This document shows positions 9,133 to 17,632 of a DNA stretch of 64,000 bases, piece by piece. Source of the stretch: Casimicrobiaceae bacterium (GTDB lineage: Bacteria; Pseudomonadota; Gammaproteobacteria; Burkholderiales; Casimicrobiaceae); contig DASXPO010000133.1 in NCBI GenBank assembly GCA_036493535.1, positions 2,407 to 66,406 on the forward strand, read 5' to 3'. The position numbers were made by a program, and so were the translations under genes. Position 1 is the first letter of the stretch, and each line of letters opens with the position of its first letter. The notes beneath the pieces are model-generated. The model was not told the origin of the DNA. It ran no database searches and saw nothing but the letters and a program-made list of their open reading frames with translations.

Positions 9133-10476
9133 ATGATGAGCACGAGCGTCACGATCGAGTCGCTCGATCAGGAAGGCAGAGGCGTCGCGCGCAGCGGAGG
9201 AAAGGTGGTATTCGTCGAGGGCGCACTTCCGGGTGAGCGCGTCCAGATCGAGACGTTGAAAGCCAAGCCATCCTTCGAGGTCGCGCGCGTCGCCGCGATC
9301 GATCGTCCCAGCCCGGCGCGCGTGGCGCCGCGTTGTCCTCACTTCGGCGTGTGCGGCGGATGCTCGTTGCAACACGCCGATCCCGCGCTCCAGGTCGCCG
9401 CCAAACAGCGAACGCTCGAGGACGCGCTCGAGCGAATCGGGCGCGTAAAGCCGGAGAAGATGCTGCCGGCGATCGCCGGACCCGCGTGGCGCTATCGCCA
9501 TCGCGCGCGGCTCTCGGTGCGGCACGTCCCGAAGAAAGGCGGCGTGCTGGTCGGTTTTCACGAGCGCAAATCGCGCTACGTCGCCGACATGCGCGAATGC
9601 CATGTCTTGCCGAAGCGCATCTCCGACTTGCTGCCGGCCATGCGGGCGCTGATCGCCTCGTTGACGATCCGCGATCGAATTCCGCAGATCGAGCTCGCCG
9701 TCGGCGAACGGCTGCCCGCGGTCGAAGGTGCCGCCGCGGCCACCGTTTACGCGTTGGTCCTTCGCGTCCTCGATTTGCCGTCGGCCACCGACGAAGCAAA
9801 GCTCGTTGCGTTCGCCGACATGCACGGCGTCGAGTTTTGGTTACAGCCGGGCGGTCCCGGCACCGTGACGCCATTTCATCCGCGCCATGCGACGCTCGCT
9901 TACACGCTGCCGGAGTTCGACATCGCGATTCCGTTCGGCCCGACCGACTTCACGCAGGTGAACGCAGCCGTCAACCGCGTGCTGGTACGGCGCGCGATCC
10001 TGTTGCTCGCGCCGGAAGACGGCGAGCGAATCGTCGATTTCTTTTGCGGTCTCGGCAATTTTTCGCTGCCGATCGCGCGGCGCGGCGCGCACGTCATCGG
10101 CGTCGAAGGCAACGCGGTGCTGGTCAAGCACGCAAACGAAAATGCGCTCCGAAATGGGCTCGGCGATCGCGCGTCGTTCGTCGTCGGGAATCTGTTCACC
10201 GCGACGCCGGAAACGATCGCGGCGCTCGGACCGCTCGATCGCGCGTTGATCGACCCACCGCGCGAAGGCGCGGTCGAGGTAGCCAAGGCATTGCCGCGCC
10301 GCGACGACGAAGCGGCTCTGAAACGGATCGTCTACGTGTCCTGCAATCCGGCGACGCTGGCGCGCGACGCCGCGGTGCTCGTCGGCGACCGCGGTTATCG
10401 TCTGGCCGCCGCGGGCGTGGTCAACATGTTTCCGCACACCGCGCATGTCGAGTCAATCGCGGTGTTTGAACCCTAG
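9133..10476 (+). CDS. rlmD: 23S rRNA (uracil1939-C5)-methyltransferase RlmD
   Basis: TRAM-like N-terminus ([13 protein letters not shown]...[12 protein letters not shown]), a [14 protein letters not shown] Fe-S motif, and SAM-MTase motifs [12 protein letters not shown] and DPPREG. ORF 9115 begins at TTG, so I prefer the ATG at 9133. Confidence 0.85.
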   Translation: MMSTSVTIESLDQEGRGVARSGGKVVFVEGALPGERVQIETLKAKPSFEVARVAAIDRPSPARVAPRCPHFGVCGGCSLQHADPALQVAAKQRTLEDALERIGRVKPEKMLPAIAGPAWRYRHRARLSVRHVPKKGGVLVGFHERKSRYVADMRECHVLPKRISDLLPAMRALIASLTIRDRIPQIELAVGERLPAVEGAAAATVYALVLRVLDLPSATDEAKLVAFADMHGVEFWLQPGGPGTVTPFHPRHATLAYTLPEFDIAIPFGPTDFTQVNAAVNRVLVRRAILLLAPEDGERIVDFFCGLGNFSLPIARRGAHVIGVEGNAVLVKHANENALRNGLGDRASFVVGNLFTATPETIAALGPLDRALIDPPREGAVEVAKALPRRDDEAALKRIVYVSCNPATLARDAAVLVGDRGYRLAAAGVVNMFPHTAHVESIAVFEP

Positions 10477-10487
10477 GCGCCAAAAAA

Positions 10488-10510
10488 AACGGGGCGTTTC
10501 CGCCCCGTTT
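10488..10510. terminator. bidirectional intrinsic terminator between convergent rlmD and the BI-1 gene
   Basis: aaaaaaaacggggcgtttccgccccgtttca: a perfect GC stem with A-run and T-run flanks. Confidence 0.8.
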
Positions 10511-10530
10511 CAATGCGTGCCGCGGTAACG

Positions 10531-11250
10531 TCAGTCGCGCTGCCCCGAAAATGCCATCAAGAGATTCAGCAAGCTGATGAAGATGTTGTAGACATCGAGG
10601 AACAGGCGCAGCGTGGCGCTGATGTAGCTGGTTTCGCCGCCGTGCACGATGCTGCTGACGTCGTACAAGATGTAGAGCGAGAAGATGAAGACGGCGATCG
10701 CTGAGATCGTAAGCGAGACAGCGGGCACCGCGAAAAAGAGGTTCGCGAGCGACGCCACGATCAGCAGGATCAGGCCGACGAAGATGAACTTGCCCATGAA
10801 GGAAAAGTCCCGCTTCGTGACGGTCGCGATTCCCGCCATTGCGAAAAAGATTGCCGCGGTCATGCCGCCGGCGAGCGCGACCAGCTGGCCGCCGTTCTTG
10901 AACTGCGCGGCGACCGTCAGGATCGGCGTCAACATCGCTCCTGCGATGAACGTAAAGCCGAACAGCGCCGGAATGCCCCAGACGCTGTTGCGCAGACGCG
11001 TGACGACGAACAGGCCGCCGATCATCAACGCGAACATAAACAGCGGCGTCATGATCGGTGCCGCGGCGAACAGCCGAATGAAGTTGAACTGCATGCCCGC
11101 CCAGGCGCCGACGATAGTCGGCAGCATCGACAGCGCGAGCAGCCAATAGGTGTTGCGCAGGACGCGATTCTGGTCCTGGACGACAATCTCGCCGGTCCGC
11201 GGCAGTGAGGCCTGCTCGTGCGTGAACACGGGTTGAAGCTTGGGATCCAT
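10531..11250 (-). CDS. Bax inhibitor-1/YccA family membrane protein
   Basis: NRVLRNTYWLLALSMLPTIVGAW... with seven hydrophobic segments, ending ...LFLDVYNIFISLLNLL. Confidence 0.85.
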   Translation of the reverse strand: MDPKLQPVFTHEQASLPRTGEIVVQDQNRVLRNTYWLLALSMLPTIVGAWAGMQFNFIRLFAAAPIMTPLFMFALMIGGLFVVTRLRNSVWGIPALFGFTFIAGAMLTPILTVAAQFKNGGQLVALAGGMTAAIFFAMAGIATVTKRDFSFMGKFIFVGLILLIVASLANLFFAVPAVSLTISAIAVFIFSLYILYDVSSIVHGGETSYISATLRLFLDVYNIFISLLNLLMAFSGQRD

Positions 11251-11467
11251 GATGGCTCCGCTCCTTTCGTCCGAGCCGGCGACCGGCTTGGGTCCGTTAG
11301 ACTAGCAGAAACGCTCCGGGTTTCAAGCGATTATCGCAAACCCTGCCGTAGAGCGAATCTGCCGTGACGCGGTGCTAACATGCCGGCGGCGCTCGGCCAA
11401 TTCAAGAACGCGCCGGCAAAATCGACGCTATTTCGGGTATTTTGCTTTTCGAAGAGCCGATTCGCCC

Positions 11468-11557
11468 GGACGGGTGGCAGAGCGGTTGAATGCACCGGAC
11501 TTGAAATCCGGCAAGGGCGCAAGTCCTTCGTGGGTTCGAATCCCACTCCGTCCGCCA
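11468..11557 (+). tRNA. tRNA-Ser (anticodon UGA)
   Basis: Folded by hand, 90 nt. Acceptor GGACGGG/TCCGTCC; anticodon stem CCGGA/TCCGG with loop CTTGAAA; long variable arm; T-arm GTGGG-TTCGAAT-CCCAC; discriminator G plus encoded CCA. Confidence 0.9.
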
Positions 11558-11559
11558 AG

Positions 11560-11945
11560 CCGAAGGCCAGAACGTTGCCACGCACGCATCCGGGGTGCTG
11601 CGCCACTCGGACTCCAACCTGTTTCCGGAGATCGGTGCGACGCCAATCTTCAAGCGGCGGTAACACCTGACGAACTGCGGCGCTGTTGCACGCCATCGAC
11701 GGATATGGCGAGCTAGGCGAGAAACTAACCGCATACGCTCTCCGGCTGATGGCGTTGACGTTCGTTCGTACGGGCGAGTTAATCGGCGCGACTTGGGACG
11801 AAAAAGACTTAGACGGCCCGACATGGATCGTCCCGCCGCGGGCATGAAACGCCTCGGTTACAAGGGCAAGATGACCGGATAGGGATTCCGCGCTGTCGCG
11901 TCAACAATCCTCAATGAAGCCGGTTTCCGCGCCGACTGGTCTTAT
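11560..11945 (+). pseudogene. P4-type tyrosine integrase remnant (N-terminus deleted, several frameshifts, internal deletions)
   Basis: My translations in three frames give HASGVLRHSDSNLFPEIGATPI; TPDELRR / LLHAIDGYGELGEKLTAYALRLMALTFVRTGELIGATWDEKDLDGPTWIVPP; and GFRAVASTILNEAGFRADW. In-frame stops interrupt them. Confidence 0.75.
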
Positions 11946-12325
11946 TGGCGGCATATGACGGAAATAGCAGTCTGGCAATGGTGTGGCATTGTGGCTCGAT
12001 CTCCGGATCATCGCTCGTAGCGTGCGGACCTATTGCCCCGCATTCTGAACAACTCACAACGAAGCATTGCGTGTCGTCGTTTCCCTTGTCGTGAGCACCG
12101 AAGGGACAAGTGCGAAGATCGATGCGCGCCATCCGGCTCGCAATACGACAAGAACCGCGCAAAGAGTGGATTATTCATACGGCGACGTGGGCATTTTTAC
12201 GTTGTGGGGCCGAGAGCATCGGACGACCCTGATGTCGTGACCCGAAATCCAGCGCGAGAGGCGATCGAAATCCTCATTAGTCAGCTTTCTGCGCAGCGTC
12301 GGGTTGCATAACCGGGGGAGGCGCC

Positions 12326-12760
12326 ATGAAAAAACGCGTTATCTTTTCAGCCGTTCTGCTTGCTCTCTTGGCAAATCCGTCGATGGCATGTGAAAACGGT
12401 CGATTCCATATGGTGGCTATAACCGCCGGCCAGACGGCGCAGGTGAATGTGGTCAATGAGGGTAACGGCTCGACTAGATCCACATGTCACATTGCCGTCG
12501 AGTTTGCCGACCGTGCCGGAAATGTAATCAACGACGTCGATGCGACCGGCTTCGCCTTGCGGCCTGGACAAGTGGCGTCGACGGTAATCGATCATCCGAA
12601 TTTGCGGACAGGCGAGCGGTTCCATGTGCAGGCCCACGTGAGGAAATTCGAACTCAAGGCAGCGGGACGAAGCGAATGTGACGCGATTCATGCGACGATC
12701 GAGGTCTTTGACAACGATACGGGGAAGACGACGATCGTTTCGGATCTGCCCGACGAATGA
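12326..12760 (+). CDS. secreted protein of unknown function
   Basis: gggggagg RBS; signal peptide MKKRVIFSAVLLALLANPSMA; the beta-rich mature part contains Cys residues. No family recognised. Confidence 0.65.
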   Translation: MKKRVIFSAVLLALLANPSMACENGRFHMVAITAGQTAQVNVVNEGNGSTRSTCHIAVEFADRAGNVINDVDATGFALRPGQVASTVIDHPNLRTGERFHVQAHVRKFELKAAGRSECDAIHATIEVFDNDTGKTTIVSDLPDE

Positions 12761-13198
12761 AGACGTAACGCTCGATGCGATCGTGCACGTGGAGCATCAA
12801 CGCTATCAGTGGACGCGCTGGGTAATCGTCGACTCTTAGCTGAACTAACACAGCGGCGAATTACCGCAATCGGGCCCGTTGCTGACATTCTGGATTGAGA
12901 AAAGCGGACATCGCAGCGCAGCACCGCTTTCTGGAACGGCATAAGCTGTGTCCCCTCACACGCGGCATCGAAATCAACGGATGACATGTTTTGTTCAATG
13001 TATTTCGCCGCGGATCAAGTCGGACGGCGGGCGGCAGATGGCGGTTTGATGCTCCGCGCGTTTGCTTGGCCGTTCGCGCGTCCTGCCGCGCTTGGGCTGT
13101 CCCCGCCATGCGCATTCCTTGCGCGTAGGATGTGTTCGCCGGCCCCGCACCGGCCCGGCCCGGCAGCTGAACGTCAACCAACTAGCACAGGGGGGAAC

Positions 13199-13645
13199 AT
13201 GAAAAGGATTCTTTGCACCGCCATCGCATTGGCACTCGTTCTGACTGCCTGCTCGACCGGAGGCAGGCGGATGTTCTCGGAAGCGGAGCCGCGCACCCAG
13301 GGCTATACGGCCGCTTTGGTGTCGGCGCCCAATCCGACCGCGCCGAACATCTTCGTCACGGCGGCCACTCAAATGATCCTCGTTGACCAGGAGCCCATCT
13401 ACCCGCCGCCGGGCGATCGGGTCGCCATCTACTTTGGACTTGAGCAGAACGGCCCTTATGAGTTTCACTCCAATGGAATCGAGATCCAGGGGAACCCGAG
13501 CTTTTGTGCGCCGGCGGGGCAGTTCGTCGTCAAGTGCAGCTACCAGCGGCCCGCGGCCGGCACGGTCTACAAGTACAAGGTTCGGGTGCGCCCCGTGGGA
13601 GGCGGTCCCCCACTCAAGGACCTTGACCCTACGGTCATGAACTGA
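13199..13645 (+). CDS. lipoprotein of unknown function (paralog of 13759..14241)
   Basis: ggggggaac RBS; MKRILCTAIALALVLTAC lipobox; C-terminus ...YEFHSNGIEI...VYKYKVRV...LDPTVMN. Confidence 0.7.
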   Translation: MKRILCTAIALALVLTACSTGGRRMFSEAEPRTQGYTAALVSAPNPTAPNIFVTAATQMILVDQEPIYPPPGDRVAIYFGLEQNGPYEFHSNGIEIQGNPSFCAPAGQFVVKCSYQRPAAGTVYKYKVRVRPVGGGPPLKDLDPTVMN

Positions 13646-13758
13646 CGCTCGCTGCAACAACGCAATCACAGGATCACGCTGGCGAACGGACCAGGCAAGA
13701 CGTGTCCATTCCGCCGGGTGATGAACGACTGATGGTCAACCAAGGGGAGGTAACGATC

Positions 13759-14241
13759 ATGACGTCTTCAACGCCGCAGTCGATTTCACGTCGCACGTTG
13801 GCATGCGCAGTCGCTGTGCTGGGCGCGGCCCTGCTCGTCCACGGGTGCGCGACACCTGGCGTGGACACAATGTCGATCCATCCGCCCGTCACGATCGACG
13901 TCGTCCCGAAGGGCGAAGGTTGTCCTGCTCACTGGACCTGCTGGTCGCAGGACGAAAACTGGACGGTGCGACTAAGCGAAGAACCGATAAATCTGGAGAA
14001 GGAAGTCACGCCGATCACCTTGCGCTGGCTCCTCGCCGGCAGCGAGTGGGAATTCGACAAGAAGGGCATCGATTTCAAGAACAACTCGCAATGGAATCCT
14101 CAGGAGGATCCGAGCTCTTCTACTCAATGGACGGCGACGAGCAAGAAGAAAGACGGGCAGATCTACAAATACATGATCAACCTGAGGAAGAAGTCCGATT
14201 CGGCGACAAAGCTGAACTGGGACCCGACCGTTATGAACTGA
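13759..14241 (+). CDS. putative (Tat?) lipoprotein of unknown function (paralog of 13199..13645)
   Basis: ggggagg RBS; SRRTLACAVAVLGAALLVHGC; C-terminus ...WEFDKKGIDF...IYKYMINL...WDPTVMN. Lys-rich, and visibly AT-richer than its surroundings. Confidence 0.7.
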   Translation: MTSSTPQSISRRTLACAVAVLGAALLVHGCATPGVDTMSIHPPVTIDVVPKGEGCPAHWTCWSQDENWTVRLSEEPINLEKEVTPITLRWLLAGSEWEFDKKGIDFKNNSQWNPQEDPSSSTQWTATSKKKDGQIYKYMINLRKKSDSATKLNWDPTVMN

Positions 14242-14264
14242 TGGTCCGCAGGAGAACCGGCCGA

Positions 14265-17021
14265 TTAGGTCTGCGCGGTGAGCCAGTCCCGCGCTTCGGC
14301 GATGACGTCCTCGTAAGTCAGGGCGCGACCGGCCTGCTCGGCGGATGCGAAAGCATCGTCACCCGAGGTCCTGCGAGCCCGCTCGATCAGTGGTCTTAGG
14401 TAGGCGTCGTCGGCGGGATCGCGGCTGATGCCGGTATAGCTCGTCTGCTCCTCCGCGGCGCCGAAGAAGCGCGCGGCGCGCAGCCAATCGCCCTGCAAGG
14501 CGGCCATGCCGGCGCACACTTCGACGACACTCTGTCCGGCCGGTTTCGACCCGATCTCGTCCGAGATGCGCAGCACATCGACAAGGCGGCGGCGCGCACT
14601 TTCCGTCGTTCCGCGTTCGACGTCCACCATCGCGAGATTGAGCAAGCCAATGGCTGTCGTTTCGCGATCGCCGATCTCGTGCGCAAGCGCAAGAGCCTGT
14701 GCGTACATCGGCTCGCTCTCGTGGAGCGCACCTTCGACGCGGCGCAGTTGACCGAGCGCGTTGAGCGCAGCCGCCACCTGGCGCTTGTCGCCTTGCGAGC
14801 GCGCCAGCGTCAGCGCTTCTTCGAGATGAACGCGCGCTGCCGCGAGATTTCCCTGCCCCACATAGGAAAGGCCAAGCGGTTGCAGCGTGCGCGCGATGCT
14901 CCGGGAATCGCCGAGCGCACGCGCGACGGCGAGGCTTTCCTGCAGGTATCTCCCTGCGTCACCATAGCGGCCCATGAAGTAGCAGATCTGCCCGGCATCG
15001 AACAAGCTGCGACAACGCTCGGCCGACTGATCCTGCCCCGGAATGCGCGCGAGCGATTCAGCCGTGATCCGGTACGCAAGTCCGAGCATGCCACGATTGA
15101 ACAGATAGGGCTTGAGCGCGGAGGCCAAACGCAGTCCCGTGTCGGGCGCGCCGGAATGATCGCCCCACGCGTGCGCCGTCAGGAGGTTCTCGTGCTCGGC
15201 GTCGAGACGCGCGAGCCAGATTGCCTCCTCAAGCCCCGAAAGGTGCGTGCACGCCGCCTCGGCGAACGCAACGAAATGATCGAGATGGCGCCTGCGCAGC
15301 GCGGGCCCCTCGCTCGAGCTGTCGAGGCGCTCGCGAGCGTAGTCTCGAACCGTGTCTAGCAGCCGGTAACGTCCGCCTTCGGCGTCCATCGCGACCAGCG
15401 ACTTGTCGACGAGTTGCGACTGCAGATCGAGGACCTCGGATTGTGCGACGTCGGCGCCGGCGGCGATGCTTTCCGCGGATGCCAGCGTCCAGCCGCCGGC
15501 AAACACGGCGAACCGGCGCAATAGCGTGCGCTCGGGTTTCGAGAGAAGGTCGTAGCTCCAATCGATGAGCGCACGGAGCGTCTGCTGGCGCGGCACCGCC
15601 GTGCGCTCGCCGCGCGACAGCAGGTGGAAGCGATCGGACAGGCGCGCTGCAATGTCCTCGACCGACATCGCGCGCACGCGCGCCGCGGCGAGCTCGATCG
15701 CGAGCGGGATGCCGTCCAGGCGGCGGCAGATCTCCACGACGACTGGGGCATTCTGCGCGGTCACTGCGAACGCGGGCGCGACGGTCGTCGCGCGCTCGAC
15801 GAACAGACGAAGGCCTTCATAGCGCGTGACAGCGCCCGCCGCCGGCACATCGCCGGGCTTCGGGAGCGCGAGCGCGGGCACCGGATACGTGGTTTCGCCG
15901 GCGACGTTGAGCGGCTCGCGGCTCGTCGCGAGTATCTTGACATGCGGGCAGCCGCGCAGCAGCTCGACGGCAAGCTCCGCACACGCCTGGATGAGGTGCT
16001 CGCTGTTGTCGAGCACGACCAGCAGGCGGCGATCGCGCAGCGAGCGCACGAGCGCGTCGGTCAGCGGCCGACCGGCCTCTTCCTTGATACCGAGCGTCGA
16101 GGCGACCGCCTGCGGTACGCGCCGCGGGTCGTCGATCGCCGCCAGCTCGACGAACCACGCGCCCTCCGGAAAGTCCGGCAGCGCGTCCGACGCGATCTGC
16201 AACGAGAGCCGCGTCTTGCCGATGCCGCCTGGCCCATGCAGCGTCAGCAGCCGTCCCTGTGCGAGAAATTGCCGCGCGTCGGCAAGCTCGCGCTCGCGCC
16301 CGACGAACGACGTCATCGGCTGCGGCAGGTTGTTGGGCAGCGATTCGAGCGAGCGCAGCGGCGGAAACTCCGGGCGCAGTCGCGGGTGGGTCACTTGGAA
16401 GACGCGCTCGGGCGTCGCGAGGTCGCGCAGCCGCACGCTGCCAAGGTCTCGCAGGCTCACGTCCGCCGGGAGACGGTTCGTCACGAGGTCAGCCACGGTC
16501 TGAGAGACGAGCACCTGTCCTCCGTGCGCGGCCGACATGATCCGCGCGGCACGGTTGACGGCGTTGCCGAAGAAGTCGCCGCTGCGGCGCTCGACGATCC
16601 CGGCATTCAATCCGCAACGGACGAGCAGCTGAATCCCGCCATCCGGCATCGGCGCTTCGATGGCCTGCTGGAATTGCACGCAAGCCAGGATCGCGTCGCG
16701 CGGATCGTCGAAGATTGCATGCATGCCGTCGCCGGTCATCTTCACGATCTGGCCGTTATTCGCCTCAACGCTCGACCTGGCGAGCGTGTCGTGCCGCGCG
16801 AGGCTGGGACCCATCCGCTCCGGATGCTGCTCCCACAACCGCGAGCTCTGCTCGATGTCGGTGAACAGGAAGGTGGTGACGCTCGACGGTGATCCCACGC
16901 GCCTCGCTCGGACGGCATCCTTGCCGCAGACGCTTACTCTACGGCAGCGGCGCAGCCTCCACCAGCGGGGGCGCGCACGCGCGGCCGCCAGACGCCGCAT
17001 TCCGCGCTTGTCACCCAGCAT
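14265..17021 (-). CDS. class III adenylate/guanylate cyclase fused to a STAND (NB-ARC-like) ATPase and TPR repeats
   Basis: Cyclase motifs: FLFTDIEQSS, VKMTGDGMHAIF, GNAVNRAARI. Walker A is LHGPGGIGKTRL and Walker B is RLLVVLDNSEH. A winged-helix-like RYRLLDTVRDYA is followed by a long TPR-like C-terminus. The start is uncertain: ATG at 17021 or 17000, or GTG at 16898 just before VTTFLFTD. Confidence 0.85.
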   Translation of the reverse strand: MLGDKRGMRRLAAARARPRWWRLRRCRRVSVCGKDAVRARRVGSPSSVTTFLFTDIEQSSRLWEQHPERMGPSLARHDTLARSSVEANNGQIVKMTGDGMHAIFDDPRDAILACVQFQQAIEAPMPDGGIQLLVRCGLNAGIVERRSGDFFGNAVNRAARIMSAAHGGQVLVSQTVADLVTNRLPADVSLRDLGSVRLRDLATPERVFQVTHPRLRPEFPPLRSLESLPNNLPQPMTSFVGRERELADARQFLAQGRLLTLHGPGGIGKTRLSLQIASDALPDFPEGAWFVELAAIDDPRRVPQAVASTLGIKEEAGRPLTDALVRSLRDRRLLVVLDNSEHLIQACAELAVELLRGCPHVKILATSREPLNVAGETTYPVPALALPKPGDVPAAGAVTRYEGLRLFVERATTVAPAFAVTAQNAPVVVEICRRLDGIPLAIELAAARVRAMSVEDIAARLSDRFHLLSRGERTAVPRQQTLRALIDWSYDLLSKPERTLLRRFAVFAGGWTLASAESIAAGADVAQSEVLDLQSQLVDKSLVAMDAEGGRYRLLDTVRDYARERLDSSSEGPALRRRHLDHFVAFAEAACTHLSGLEEAIWLARLDAEHENLLTAHAWGDHSGAPDTGLRLASALKPYLFNRGMLGLAYRITAESLARIPGQDQSAERCRSLFDAGQICYFMGRYGDAGRYLQESLAVARALGDSRSIARTLQPLGLSYVGQGNLAAARVHLEEALTLARSQGDKRQVAAALNALGQLRRVEGALHESEPMYAQALALAHEIGDRETTAIGLLNLAMVDVERGTTESARRRLVDVLRISDEIGSKPAGQSVVEVCAGMAALQGDWLRAARFFGAAEEQTSYTGISRDPADDAYLRPLIERARRTSGDDAFASAEQAGRALTYEDVIAEARDWLTAQT

Positions 17022-17057
17022 GTTTGATTCATGCTTTTTATGTCTCCCAGGTTTGGA

Positions 17058-17364
17058 AGTGATTTCGAACTGCACTGGATGTTGCGTTTTCTGCTGGAGC
17101 ACAATCGCCCGCGCAGCCACTCGATCCGCGTGGCACACGTCACGCACACCCAGCTGTAACAGATCGCAGGCGCGCAGTTTGCTGTCGATGCCCAACATCG
17201 AAGGGCGCGAGTTCGCGCAACTGTTGTTGCGTCTGCAAGCGAATCCGAATTGCCCAGATCTCTTTGAGCTTGAAGGGTGCCTTCTGGCCGAGCAGCTTGC
17301 TTGTTCCAAGCCTCGCGTCGCGTTCAGCGCGGCCGATATTTCGAGCGAAATGGGCAATGAGTTT
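17058..17364 (-). pseudogene. truncated, frameshifted small tyrosine recombinase fragment
   Basis: My translation gives LLGQKAPFKLKEIWAIRIRLQTQQQLRELAPFDVG. After a 1-nt frame change it continues IDSKLRACDLLQLGVRDVCHADRVAARAIVLQQKTQHPVQFEIT. Similarity then stops, so the catalytic half is missing. Confidence 0.7.
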
Positions 17365-17558
17365 TCACGCGGCCTCGACCCCTTTGCAGTCCTTCAGCTG
17401 CTATTTTCACAACGCCGATGAACGCACTGTGTTCAATTATTTTCTTGCGCGGAAAGATCGGATAACCTCGAAAACGAAATAGCGCTGCGTTTTTTTGCAC
17501 AGCCTTGGTCAGAAGCAGACTCCATCCAATTCGTCTCGTTGCGGTCAGCGTCCGAGCA

Positions 17559-17587
17559 TACAAGCAAAACGGGCCCCTTTCGAAGAA
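17559..17587 (-). terminator. intrinsic terminator downstream of the 17633..18706 gene
   Basis: Minus strand reads acgggcgcctttc-ttcg-gaaaggggcccgt followed by tttgcttg. The stem is 13 bp with one mismatch. Confidence 0.65.
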
Positions 17588-17632
17588 AGGCGCCCGTCGC
17601 TGTTACCTTCGGCGTGAGTCCGCGATCGCGGG

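Noticed and set aside
11911-12132. Minus-strand small ORF MARIDLRTCPFGAHDKGNDDTQCFVVSCSECGAIGPHATSDDPE..., reminiscent of Lar-type restriction-alleviation zinc ribbons (CPFCG...V.C..CGA.GP).
   Set aside because: The first CxxC is incomplete (CPFG), the usual C-terminal AIxxWNxR block is missing, and the ORF overlaps the integrase debris. It is possibly another prophage remnant, but support is too weak to annotate.
12688-12987. 99-aa minus-strand ORF in the 438-nt gap between the first two island cargo genes.
   Set aside because: Its 3' half is antisense to the well-supported 12326..12760 gene. There are no motifs and no RBS.
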